This document shows positions 24,157 to 37,258 of a DNA stretch of 64,000 nt, in pieces. The translations under genes were made by a program, and so were the position numbers. Source of the stretch: an uncultured beta proteobacterium. GTDB lineage: Bacteria > Pseudomonadota > Gammaproteobacteria > Burkholderiales > Burkholderiaceae_D. The notes under the pieces were generated by a model. The model saw only the letters and a program-made list of their open reading frames with translations. It searched no databases and had not been told where the DNA came from. Location of the stretch: NCBI GenBank assembly GCA_963720205.1, contig OY970390.1:3900570-3964569 (forward strand). The letters are read 5' to 3'. Every line of letters starts with the position of its first letter. Within the stretch, counting starts at the first letter, position 1.

Positions 24157-24196
24157 GTGACCGCGCCGTGACGGATCCGTGAACGTTCCGTGACGG
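24157..24196 (-). promoter_or_regulatory. Tandem Pho box array (PhoB sites)
   Basis: Minus-strand GTCAC/TTCAC/GTCAC/GTCAC cores; on + strand GTGA(C/A) starts at 24157, 24168, 24179 and 24190, an exact 11-bp period. Confidence 0.75.
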
Positions 24197-24279
24197 TCGC
24201 ACGGCCGGCGCCGGCGTTGCGGATCCGCATCGCGGCCGCTCGGCGGCGCGCCGCCGTGCTATATTCCCGCCTCTTTTAC

Positions 24280-24356
24280 AGGCGCGTAGCTCAGCTGGTT
24301 AGAGCACCACCTTGACATGGTGGGGGTCGTTGGTTCGAGTCCAATCGCGCCTACCA
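24280..24356 (+). tRNA. tRNA-Val(GAC)
   Basis: Acceptor stem AGGCGCG/CGCGCCT; anticodon arm CCACC-TTGACAT-GGTGG; GGTTCGAGTCC; encoded CCA. Confidence 0.97.
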
Positions 24357-24416
24357 ACGATTCGAACGGCGGATTCGAACGGTGAATCCGAACGACGCGG
24401 CGCCCGCACGGCCGCG

Positions 24417-24509
24417 GTGGCAACGACAGCGACAAGGCGAGAGAAAGGGCCGGGCGAAAGCCGAACGATGGTTATGGCACCGCGAACGCAGGGAACACCC
24501 ATCGACTGA
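24417..24509 (+). other. Candidate Thr-rich leader ORF of thrS (alternative starts 24468 and 24474)
   Basis: GTG-started [30 protein letters not shown], 6 Thr of 30 codons, followed by hairpins. Confidence 0.35.
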
Positions 24510-24551
24510 AAGCGACCGCCCGCTGGCCGGACCCTGTCCGGCCGCCCGATG

Positions 24552-24578
24552 AAAAGCGCGGTCGTCCCGCGCTTTTTT
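24552..24578 (+). terminator. Intrinsic terminator-like hairpin in the thrS leader
   Basis: AAAAGCGCGG-TCGTC-CCGCGCTTTT followed by further Ts, about 23 nt before the thrS ATG. Confidence 0.65.
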
Positions 24579-24601
24579 CGTTTTCGCCGCCCCGAACCGC
24601 C

Positions 24602-26539
24602 ATGCCGAACATCACCCTCCCCGACGGCGCCGTCCGTTCCTACGATCATCCCGTCATCGGTCGCCGACGTCGCGGCGTCGATCGGTCCCGGCCTCGCGAA
24701 GGCCGCGCTGGGCGGCCGCCTCGCCGACGCCGGCGGCAGCCGGCTCGTCGACACGTCGGCGGTGATCGACCACGATGCCGAACTCGCGATCGTCACCGCG
24801 AAGGACGCGGACGGCCTCGACGTGATCCGCCATTCGACCGCGCACCTGCTGGCCGACGCCGTGAAGGAGCTGTACCCCGACGCGCAGGTCACGATCGGGC
24901 CGGTCATCGACAACGGCTTCTACTACGACTTCGCGTACAAGCGGCCCTTCACGCCCGACGACCTCGCCGCGATCGAGAAGCGGATGGCCGAGATCGCGAA
25001 GCGCGACCTGCCGGTGAAGCGCGAGGAGTGGGCGCGCGACGACGCGGTGAAGTTCTTCGATTCCATCGGCGAGAAGTACAAGGCGGAGATCATCGGCTCG
25101 ATCCCGGCCGACCAGACGATCTCGCTGTACCGCCAGGGCGACTTCATCGACCTGTGCCGCGGCCCGCACGTGCCGTCGACCGGCAAGCTGAAGGTCTTCA
25201 AGCTGATGAAGGTGGCCGGCGCGTACTGGCGCGGCGACTCGAACAACGAGATGCTCCAGCGCATCTACGGCACCGCCTGGGCGACGAAGGAGGAGCAGGA
25301 CAAGTACCTGCTTCATGCTCGAGGAGGCCGAGAAGCGCGATCACCGCAAGCCTCGGCAAGCAGCTCGACCTGTTCCACATGCAGGACGAGGCGCCGGGGC
25401 TGATCTTCTGGCATCCGAAGGGCTGGGCGATCTGGCAGCAGGTCGAGAAGTACATGCGCGCCGTCTACCAGGACAACGGCTACCTCGAGGTCAAGGGTCC
25501 GCAGATCCTCGACCGCGCGCTGTGGGAGAAGACCGGGCACTGGGAGAACTACAAGGACGCGATGTTCACGACCGAGTCGGAGAACCGCGCGTACGCCCTG
25601 AAGCCGATGAACTGCCCGGGTCACGTGCAGATCTACAACAGCGGGCTGCGCAGCTACCGCGACCTGCCGCTGCGTTACGGCGAGTTCGGCCAGTGCCACC
25701 GCAACGAGCCGTCCGGAAGCCTGCACGGGATCATGCGGGTGCGCGGCTTCACGCAGGACGACGGCCACATCTTCTGCACCGAAGACCAGATCCTCGAGGA
25801 ATGCGTCGGCTACACGGCGCTCTTGAAGAAGGTCTATGCGGACTTCGGCTTCACCGACATCATCTACAAGGTCGCGCTGCGACCCGAGAAGCGGATCGGC
25901 TCCGACGAGGTCTGGGACAAGGCCGAGAACGCGCTGATGGAATCGCTGCGCGTCTCCGACTGCCCGTTCACGCTGTCGCCCGGCGACGGCGCGTTCTACG
26001 GCCCGAAGATCGAATACACGCTGCGCGACTCGCTCGGCCGGCAGTGGCAGTGCGGCACGATGCAGGTCGATTTCTCGATGCCGGGGCGGCTCGGCGCCGA
26101 GTACGTCGCCGAGGACAACACGCGTCGCGTGCCGGTGATGCTGCACCGGGCGATCGTCGGCTCGCTCGAGCGTTTCATCGGGATGCTGATCGAGCATTTC
26201 GGCGGCGCGATGCCCGCCTGGCTCGCGCCGGTGCAGGCCGTCGTCTGCAACATCTCGGACGGCCAGTCCGCCTACGCGAAGAGCGTTGCCTTAGCGTTGC
26301 AAAAACAAGGCTTTAGGGTCGAATCGGATTTGCGCAACGAGAAGATCACGTATAAAATCCGCGAGCACAGCCTGCAGAAGGTGCCGTACCTCCTCGTCGT
26401 CGGCGACAAGGAGATGCAGGCCGGCACGGTGGCCGTCCGCGCGCGCGGCGGCACGGACCTGGGCGTGATGGCGCATGCGGACTTCGCGCAGCGTCTCGCC
26501 GACGAGGTCACGCAGCACGGTGCCGGGCCGGTGGCCTGA
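24602..26539 (+). CDS. thrS: Threonine--tRNA ligase (apparent indels near 24660 and 25310-25350)
   Basis: [47 protein letters not shown] and [13 protein letters not shown] motifs. Confidence 0.97.
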   Translation: MPNITLPDGAVRSYDHPVIGRRRRGVDRSRPREGRAGRPPRRRRRQPARRHVGGDRPRCRTRDRHREGRGRPRRDPPFDRAPAGRRREGAVPRRAGHDRAGHRQRLLLRLRVQAALHARRPRRDREADGRDREARPAGEARGVGARRRGEVLRFHRREVQGGDHRLDPGRPDDLAVPPGRLHRPVPRPARAVDRQAEGLQADEGGRRVLARRLEQRDAPAHLRHRLGDEGGAGQVPASCSRRPRSAITASLGKQLDLFHMQDEAPGLIFWHPKGWAIWQQVEKYMRAVYQDNGYLEVKGPQILDRALWEKTGHWENYKDAMFTTESENRAYALKPMNCPGHVQIYNSGLRSYRDLPLRYGEFGQCHRNEPSGSLHGIMRVRGFTQDDGHIFCTEDQILEECVGYTALLKKVYADFGFTDIIYKVALRPEKRIGSDEVWDKAENALMESLRVSDCPFTLSPGDGAFYGPKIEYTLRDSLGRQWQCGTMQVDFSMPGRLGAEYVAEDNTRRVPVMLHRAIVGSLERFIGMLIEHFGGAMPAWLAPVQAVVCNISDGQSAYAKSVALALQKQGFRVESDLRNEKITYKIREHSLQKVPYLLVVGDKEMQAGTVAVRARGGTDLGVMAHADFAQRLADEVTQHGAGPVA

Positions 26540-26587
26540 CCCGCGCCGCCCGGCCGCGCATCCCTATTTTCACCACGGAGCCACGCA

Positions 26588-27112
26588 ATCGCTACGGACA
26601 AATCGCAGCACCGCTTGAACGGCGAGATCAACGCGCCCGAAGTCCGACTGGTCGGCATCGACAACGAACCGCTGGGCATCGTCAAGATCGCCGATGCGAT
26701 GCGGATGTCGGAAGAGAAGGAGGTCGACCTCGTCGAGATCGCGCCGCAGGCCGATCCGCCGGTCTGCCGGCTGATGGACTACGGCAAGTTCAAGTACCAG
26801 GAACAGAAGAAGGCGCACGACGCTCGCCTGAAGCAGAAGATCATCCAGGTCAAGGAAGTCAAGTTCCGGCCGGGGACCGACGAGGGCGACTACAACATCA
26901 AGGTGCGCAACCTGACGCGGTTCCTGGAAGAGGGCGACAAGACCAAGATCACGCTGCGCTTCCGCGGTCGCGAGATGGCGCACCAGGACATCGGGATGCG
27001 GCTGCTCGAGAAGGTCAAGGCGGATCTGGAACCGGTCGGCGTCGTCGAGCAGTTCCCGAAGATGGAAGGCCGCCAGATGATCATGGTCATCGGGCCGAAG
27101 AAGAAGAAGTGA
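26588..27112 (+). CDS. infC: Translation initiation factor IF-3 with a non-canonical ATC start
   Basis: GGAG at 26577-26580, then ATC GCT ACG GAC AAA in frame; [24 protein letters not shown]; RFRGREMAH. Confidence 0.95.
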   Translation: MATDKSQHRLNGEINAPEVRLVGIDNEPLGIVKIADAMRMSEEKEVDLVEIAPQADPPVCRLMDYGKFKYQEQKKAHDARLKQKIIQVKEVKFRPGTDEGDYNIKVRNLTRFLEEGDKTKITLRFRGREMAHQDIGMRLLEKVKADLEPVGVVEQFPKMEGRQMIMVIGPKKKK

Positions 27113-27140
27113 CGATGAGGCGCAATGCGCCTCATCGTCA
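27110..27140. repeat. Perfect 15-bp inverted repeat containing the infC stop codon
   Basis: TGACGATGAGGCGCA-A-TGCGCCTCATCGTCA. Confidence 0.85.
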
Positions 27141-27220
27141 TCCCGGCGAAGGCCGGGATCCGAGTTTCGCGCCGTTGCACGGTCGTTGAACTCGGGTCCC
27201 GGCCTTCGCCGGGACGACGA
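27135..27220. repeat. REP-like palindromic element, copy 2 (complete)
   Basis: TCGTCATCCCGGCGAAGGCCGGGATCCGAG ... CTCGGGTCCCGGCCTTCGCCGGGACGACGA inverted arms. Confidence 0.85.
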
Positions 27221-27357
27221 AGCTCCGAGAGCTTCGTCGATCGATGCGCGCGAGCGCCTCGAACAGATCAGCGAAAGCCCGTCGACAACAAGTGCCATCG
27301 GGTTCCCAAGCGTCGCGCGGTGCGACCACCTTCCGGCATCGAAGAACAGGAGTTGTC

Positions 27358-27555
27358 ATGCCCAAGATGAAGACCAAGAAGAGCGCTGCGAAGCGCTTCG
27401 TGGTGCGGGCCGGCGGGACCGTCAAGCGCGGTCAGGCCTTCAAGCGCCACATCCTCACCAAGAAGACCACCAAGACCAAGCGCCAGCTGCGTGGCTCGAC
27501 GGCCGTTCATGATTCCAACATGAACAGCGTCCGATCCATGATGCCGTACGCCTGA
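27358..27555 (+). CDS. rpmI: 50S ribosomal protein L35
   Basis: [14 protein letters not shown] and [10 protein letters not shown]; AGGAG RBS. Confidence 0.97.
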   Translation: MPKMKTKKSAAKRFVVRAGGTVKRGQAFKRHILTKKTTKTKRQLRGSTAVHDSNMNSVRSMMPYA

Positions 27556-27582
27556 TCCCACACCGACCCCAGGAGAAACGAC

Positions 27583-27960
27583 ATGCCTCGCGTCAAACGT
27601 GGGGTCACGGCGCACGCGCGCCACAAGAAGGTCCTCGATGCCGCCAAGGGGTTCCGCGGCCGTCGCAGTACCGTCTTCCGCATCGCCAAGGAAGCGGTCA
27701 TGCGCGCCGGGCAGTACGCCTATCGCGATCGCCGCAACAAGAAGCGCGTGTTCCGCGCGCTGTGGATCACGCGGATCAACGCGGCCTGCCGCGAGCACGA
27801 CATGACGTACAGCGTGTTCATCGCCGGCCTGAAGAAGGCGTCGATCGAGCTCGACCGCAAGGTGCTCGCCGACATGGCCGTGATGGACAAGCCGGCGTTC
27901 GCGGCGATCGTCGGCCAGGTCCGGTCGGTCGTCGGCGAGACGCCCTCCGCCGCCGGCTGA
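27583..27960 (+). CDS. rplT: 50S ribosomal protein L20
   Basis: [16 protein letters not shown] and [24 protein letters not shown]. Confidence 0.98.
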   Translation: MPRVKRGVTAHARHKKVLDAAKGFRGRRSTVFRIAKEAVMRAGQYAYRDRRNKKRVFRALWITRINAACREHDMTYSVFIAGLKKASIELDRKVLADMAVMDKPAFAAIVGQVRSVVGETPSAAG

Positions 27961-28030
27961 TCGCCCGATCCGCGCGAGCGTGCGGACCGATCGTCCGCGG
28001 CGCCCGTCGGATCGTTCGCGACGGCTGCCT

Positions 28031-28056
28031 GTCACCCCGGCGAAGGCCGGGGCCCA
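28031..28056. repeat. REP-like element, copy 3 (single arm)
   Basis: GTCACCCCGGCGAAGGCCGGGGCCCA matches the left arm of copy 2. Confidence 0.7.
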
Positions 28057-28142
28057 ATCCGCTCGCAGGTCGATCGAGCGCGCGCGTCGCCCACGTGCGC
28101 GCTCCGCGTCGATCGGCTCGCCCAACGTCGTGGTGACGCGTC

Positions 28143-31775
<3,633 letters not shown>

Positions 31776-31891
31776 CGGGGCCGCCGCTTCTCCGAAGAGC
31801 CGAGCCGGGACTGCGCCGCCGACCCCGGACCTCGCTGACCCGCCACCCGATCGGGCGACCCCTTCGTTCCGGATTCGAAAGACGCACGCGC

Positions 31892-32257
31892 ATGCAGCAG
31901 CCTCCGTCCCTTCCCTCGGCCAAGACGCGACGGACGTCGGCCGGCGGCGCCACGTTGACGAAGGCCGAGCTCGCCGAACTGTTGTTCGAGCGCGTCGGAC
32001 TGAACAAGCGCGAAGCGAAGGACATGGTCGACACGTTCTTCGAGGAGATCCGCTTCGCGTTGCAGCGGGGCGACAGCGTCAAGCTGTCGGGCTTCGGCAA
32101 CTTCCAGCTGCGCGACAAGCCGCAGCGGCCGGGTCGCAATCCCAAGACCGGCGAGGCGATCCCGATCACCGCGCGACGCGTCGTGACGTTCCACGCGAGC
32201 CAGAAGCTCAAGGCCGTCGTCGAAGGCGAGGCGTCCGAGGAACGCGCCGCCGCGTGA
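31892..32257 (+). CDS. ihfA: Integration host factor subunit alpha
   Basis: [12 protein letters not shown] and [26 protein letters not shown]; follows pheT. Confidence 0.95.
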   Translation: MQQPPSLPSAKTRRTSAGGATLTKAELAELLFERVGLNKREAKDMVDTFFEEIRFALQRGDSVKLSGFGNFQLRDKPQRPGRNPKTGEAIPITARRVVTFHASQKLKAVVEGEASEERAAA

Positions 32258-32300
32258 CGCGGGGGCCGCCGCCTTCCGGACCGCGACGGACGGAGTCCCC

Positions 32301-32768
32301 GTGCTCAAAGGCGATCCGCACGCGGGGCCCCTCCCGCCGATTCCGGCGAAGCGCTACTTCACGATCGGCGAGGTCAGCGAGCTGTGCGGCGTCAAGCCGC
32401 ACGTGCTGCGCTACTGGGAGCAGGAGTTCACGCAACTCAAGCCGGTCAAGCGACGCGGCAACCGTCGCTATTACCAGCATCACGAAGTCCTGCTGATCCG
32501 CCGCATCCGCGAGTTGCTGTACGAGCAGGGCTTCACGATCAGCGGTGCGCGCAACCGGCTCGACGCACGCGTCGACGGTCGCGCATCGGCGAAGGCGGAC
32601 CGCCACGAGCTCGACGGTGCCGACGGCGCGGACGGCGCGCCGGCGGTCTGGCGCAACGGGCACGACGGGGATGCGCCGCCGCTCGACGGTCTGCGCATCG
32701 CCGCGGTGCCCGAGCTCGCCGCGCTGCGTCGCGAACTGGTCGAGATCGCCGCGCTGCTCAAGCGCTGA
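32301..32768 (+). CDS. MerR family regulator (conserved ihfA neighbour)
   Basis: IPAKRYFTIGEVSELCGVKPHVLRYWEQEF. Confidence 0.92.
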   Translation: MLKGDPHAGPLPPIPAKRYFTIGEVSELCGVKPHVLRYWEQEFTQLKPVKRRGNRRYYQHHEVLLIRRIRELLYEQGFTISGARNRLDARVDGRASAKADRHELDGADGADGAPAVWRNGHDGDAPPLDGLRIAAVPELAALRRELVEIAALLKR

Positions 32769-32808
32769 CGGCCGCGCGCACGGCCGCGTGACGGCGTCGC
32801 ACGGCCCG

Positions 32809-32814
32809 TATAAT
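32809..32814 (+). promoter_or_regulatory. -10 element (TATAAT) of tRNA-Pro
   Basis: TATAAT followed by a GC-rich discriminator just before the tRNA. Confidence 0.6.
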
Positions 32815-32822
32815 CCGCCGAT

Positions 32823-32899
<77 letters not shown>

Positions 32900-32908
32900 G
32901 TGGAATGA

Positions 32909-32930
32909 TCGGCACCGGCTCCGGTGCCGA
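32909..32930 (+). terminator. Hairpin downstream of tRNA-Pro
   Basis: TCGGCACCGG-CT-CCGGTGCCGA perfect stem with no U-tract. Confidence 0.4.
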
Positions 32931-33147
32931 CTGGCCTCGCGACGACGAGACCGCGACGGCCGCATCGCACCGGCCATCGTCGACCGCCGTGCTGCAACGG
33001 TCGTCCCCATCGTCTCCCCTCATGGCAACGCGCATGCGCGCATCGCCTCTGCCGCGAGCAGAGTCCGAGGCTCCCATCGCGTTCCGCACGCGTCGCGACG
33101 GCTCGACAGCGACCGCGCATCCGCGCTCGCCACGAGCGCGGCCCCGT

Positions 33148-33176
33148 TTGTCATCGATCGTTCACCGGCCTGTCAT
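33148..33176 (+). promoter_or_regulatory. Pho box array (three half-sites)
   Basis: TTGTCAT-CGAT-CGTTCAC-CGGC-CTGTCAT at 33148, 33159 and 33170, 11-bp period; last half-site is the consensus CTGTCAT. Confidence 0.75.
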
Positions 33177-33236
33177 CGGCCGCTGATCTACTCGCGCCTG
33201 GTCGAAAACACCAGACGACATCGAGGATCGAGGCTC

Positions 33237-35380
33237 ATGCAGATCAACAGGCGGTGGCGGCGCAGCGGTGCCGCGCTCGGAGTGCTGGCGACGCTGGCGA
33301 ACCCCATGACGATGATGCGCGCCGCGGCGCAGACGTCGCCGCCGCTCACGCTGCAGCAGAAGGTCGCGCTGCTGCAGCAGAAGGTGAAGTACGTGTTCGT
33401 GATCTTCCACGAGAACGAATCGTTCGATCACTTCTTCGGGACGTTCCCCGGCGCGAACGGCCTGTTCTCGGCGCCCGCGGGCTTCACGCCGGCGAACCAG
33501 ACGACGAGCTTCACGCAACGCTACCTCGACACGAGCCTGAATCCGGCGACGACGCAGCCGTTCCTGATGCCGCAGGCCGTCGTGGCGTCGAACGGCGAAC
33601 GTCGTGCCGGTCTATCCGGCGGACCTCGATCTCGGTGGATCACAGCCACCAGGGCATGGCGAACGACCTGCACGTCGATCCGACCTCGCTCGTCGCCGCG
33701 AACGACCGCTATGCGATGAACCAGGAAGGTCTCACGACCGACAGCAGCGGCAACATCGTCAAGAACACCGGCGCCGCGCCGACCGTCGGTGACGCTCGCG
33801 CAGAAGCAGCAGGGCGAGACGGTGATGAGCCACCTCGACTGCGACACGATCCCGTTCATGTGGTCGTGGGCGAAGAACTTCGTGCTGTTCGACAACTTCC
33901 ACCAGACGATCATCGGACCGTCGACGCCGAACGCGATCGCGATGATCGCCGGCCAGTCGGGCGAGACGCAGTGGGCGCTGCATCCGAACGAGGGCGCCAC
34001 CGTCACCTACGCGAACCCGAACTTCCAGAACGTCAAGGGCGCGACCTACGGCTCGAACTTCGCGGGCAACTCGCAACGCCTTCGTGCCGATCGTGGCCGA
34101 CCCCGGTCCGTTCCCCGGTTCGCTGAAGGACCCGAGCGCCGTCAAGCCGCCGTACAACTTCGACGAGAACGCGAGCCAACCCGGCGCTGAACCTGACGTT
34201 CGCGTCGCAGCCGCTGTCGTTCATGGGCTCGAACATCGGCAACGTCATCCGTTACGACCAGAACCCGCGCGCGGACCTCGTCGACGTGCAGCACGACATC
34301 TTCACGATCGCCGCGAAGAACCAGGTCGTCAACTGGGGCTGGTATCCAGCAGGGCTTCAACGGCCACGACGCGCCCGACCCGTACGAGCCGCAGGGCACC
34401 GGCACGCCGAACCCGACCAACGACCCGAGCCTGTACACCGGCTACATCCTGCACCACAACGGGCCGCAGTATTTCGGCTACCTCGCCGACAACACGCAAC
34501 GTGCTGGCGAACAACCTGCACGGCGCGCAGGACTTCATCGACGCGGTCAACAACCGCACGCTGCCGGCGGCCGGCGGCGTGTTCTATCTCCGCGGCGGCT
34601 ACAGCAACAACGAGGGGCTCGTCCCGGTCGATCCGACGCCGGCGATCCAGCACGCGTTCATCGGCAACGACGACCATCCCGGCCTACTCCGACCACCAGA
34701 TCTCGGAAGCCTTCGCCGCCGAAGCGATCAGCGCGATCGCGAACAGCCCGTACTGGAACCAGAGCGCGATCATCATCACCTACGACGAGACCGACGGCTT
34801 CTACGATCACGCGCCGATCGCCCAGCGCAGCAAGTTCGTCGACGGCTCGATCCTCGCCGGCGGTCCGCGCATCCCGACGATCGTGATCTCGCCCTGGTCG
34901 CTGCAGGGTTCGATCTCGCATCAGTACAGCGAGCACGGCTCGGTCATCAAGTTCATCAACGAGCTGTTCAACCTCGTCCCGCTCGCGCAGCTGCCCGACG
35001 AAGCGCACGCGCGGTCGCTCGGCCAGGCGAACCTCGGGCAGGCGAACCTCGGCCCGTCGGACGATCCGGCCAACGAGCTCGGCGACCTGACCGAAGCGTT
35101 CGACTACACGCGGATGCAGAACAACACGCCGATCCTGCCGGTCGGTCGCGACGTTCTCGCCGACGCAGATCAAGACGCTGCCGCATCTGGCGACGGCGAC
35201 CTACGTCGCCGAACGGCTACACCAACGGCGCCTGCGCGGCGATCGGCGATCCTGCCGACCGACTTCCCGTCGGCGGCCGCGTACCAGGCCGGTCAGCCGA
35301 CCGATCCGTATCCGGTCGACGTCAACCCGCGACCGTCGCAGTCGCCGGGCACGCCGACGTCGGGCACCTGGACGCCCTGA
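33237..35380 (+). CDS. Secreted phosphoesterase, phospholipase C/AcpA acid phosphatase superfamily (many apparent indels)
   Basis: RR-containing signal peptide; YVFVIFHENESFDHFFGTFPGANG, GPSTPN, DDHP, IIITYDETDGFYDH and GPRIPTIVISPW motifs across successive frames. Confidence 0.85.
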
Positions 35381-35403
35381 TCGGCCGATCGCCCGACGCA
35401 CGA

Positions 35404-35429
35404 CGAAGGCGGCCCGCGCGCCGCCTTCG
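35404..35429 (+). terminator. Intergenic hairpin after the phosphoesterase
   Basis: CGAAGGCGGC-CCGCGC-GCCGCCTTCG 10-bp stem. Confidence 0.45.
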
Positions 35430-35461
35430 GTTCATCGCTCGCAACCCACTCGTATCGACGC

Positions 35462-36476
35462 ATGGCTCGCCATCTCCTCGCGCTGCTGTCCCTGTCCTGC
35501 CTGCTGATCGGCGGCCCGGTCCTCGCCGACACGCTCGACGACGTCCGCGTCGACCGGCTACCTGAAGTGCGGCACCGTCGAGTCGGCCGACGACTGGAAC
35601 GGCCACGACCAGCACGGCGACCTGTCCGGACTCGGCGGCGAGGTCTGCCGGGCCGTCGCGATCGCGATCTTCGGCGAGCGCGCCCGCATCGAGGTGACCC
35701 GCTTCCCGGCCGAGCCCGAGGCGCTGGACGCGGTGCAGGTCCGGCGCCGTGGCGCTCGTCGTCGGCGTGACGCCGGGCACCGAGGTCGCGCTGCAATACG
35801 ACGTCGGCTTCGGACCGCCGATCCTGTTCGACTCGCAGCGCTTCATGGTGCCGCAGTCGAGCCGCATCACGTCCGTCGCGCAACTGAACGACCAGCTGGT
35901 CTGCGCGATGAACAACACGCCGTCGGAGCGCACGCTGCGCGAAGAGATGACGCGCGCGGGGCATCCCGTACGGGCTGCAGGCGCATTCGGAACAGGGCGA
36001 GATGGACGCGTCGGTCGCCGTCGCGCGGTGCGCGGCGGGCTCGGCGCTCGAGACGCGGCTCGCCGATTCGCGCGCCGACTTCCCGGCCAACGCGCCGCCG
36101 TTCGTGTTCCTGCCGGACCGACTCGGGATCGATCCGGTCGTGCCGGCCTATCGCTACGGCGACCACAAGTTCGGCCTGATCGTCGACTGGACCGTCAACG
36201 CGCTGATCGAGGCCGAATCGGTCGGTATCACGCAGGCCAACGTCGCGCGACGCGACGTCACGCACGGACCTGCGCGCCGAGCGGCTGCTCGGCCGCGACC
36301 GCACCGTCGCGCAGGCGCTCGGCCTGCCGCCCGACTGGGCCGTCCACGTCATCGCGACGACCGGCAACTACGGCGAGATCTTCGAGCGAACGGTCGGCAA
36401 GTCCTACCGGCTCGAACGAGGTCTCAACGCGCTCTGGACATCGGGCGGACTGATGTACCCGATGCCGATGCAGTGA
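35462..36476 (+). CDS. AapJ/BztA-like amino acid ABC transporter substrate-binding protein (several apparent indels)
   Basis: Signal peptide (VLA-D); EVCRAVAIAIFG; WTVNALIEAESVGITQAN; TGNYGEIFERTVG; RGLNALWTSGGLMYPMP. Confidence 0.78.
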
Positions 36477-36515
36477 TGCCACCCACCCGCCCCGAGGCTC
36501 GCAACGCCTCATCGT

Positions 36516-36555
36516 CGCTTCGCCTTCGACCGGCTCGCCGGTCGAAGGCGAGGCG
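36516..36555. terminator. Long intergenic hairpin
   Basis: TCGCCTTCGACCGGC-TC-GCCGGTCGAAGGCGA 15-bp perfect stem. Confidence 0.5.
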
Positions 36556-36586
36556 CTTCTCATCTCGAACCTCCCCGGGAGAATCC

Positions 36587-37169
36587 ATGTCGTTTCGCCT
36601 CAAGCTGCTCGCCACCGTCGCGTTCCCTCGCGCTCGCGACGGGTGCCCACGCGACCACCATCTTCGACCTCGGCGGCTCGCTCGGCGCGACGCCGACGTT
36701 CGCGATCACGTCCGGCGGCAACACCGCCACGTTCACGTCGCCGGTCGGCAACGGGTTCCAGGTCCAGGACACGACCGGCCTGCTGACGTTCTCGACGGCG
36801 CTGCTCGACAGCAACTTCTTCGGCACCGACAACCTGACGATCACGTTCTCGCAGGCCGTCAAGAACGACATCCTGATCCCGTTCGCGATCCTCGACGCGT
36901 TCGATGTCGGCCCCGACCTGCTGACCGTCACCGCCAACACCGGCCAGTCGGCACTGTTCGCCGCGACGCCCGACAACCTCGCGCTGAGCGAGCCGGAAGG
37001 GCTCGTCGACTTCTCGCCGACGAGCGCCATCACGTCGCTGACGCTGTCGAGCCCGATCGCGTTCGCGATCGGCAGCGCGCAGATCCCGGAGCCGATGACG
37101 GTCGCGCTGTTCGGCATCGGCGCGGCCGGACTGGTCGCGACGCGTCGGCGCCGCGCCGTCGCGCGCTGA
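36587..37169 (+). CDS. PEP-CTERM sorting domain protein (apparent indel near 36625; absent from the ORF track)
   Basis: GGAG RBS; signal peptide ending AHA; Thr/Ser-rich body; C-terminal IPEPMTVALFGIGAAGLVATRRRRAVAR. Confidence 0.85.
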
Positions 37170-37258
37170 TCGGGTCGCGGTCCGCCGGCGTCGTCGCGCG
37201 GCGGCGGATCGCGTCTTCGTCGCGGACGAGGCGCGCGCTTCGCCCGCCCGGGTAAGCT

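Noticed and set aside
27961-28142. pheM-type Phe leader peptide before pheS
   Set aside because: No Phe-rich ORF or U-tract terminator; only a repeat half-element
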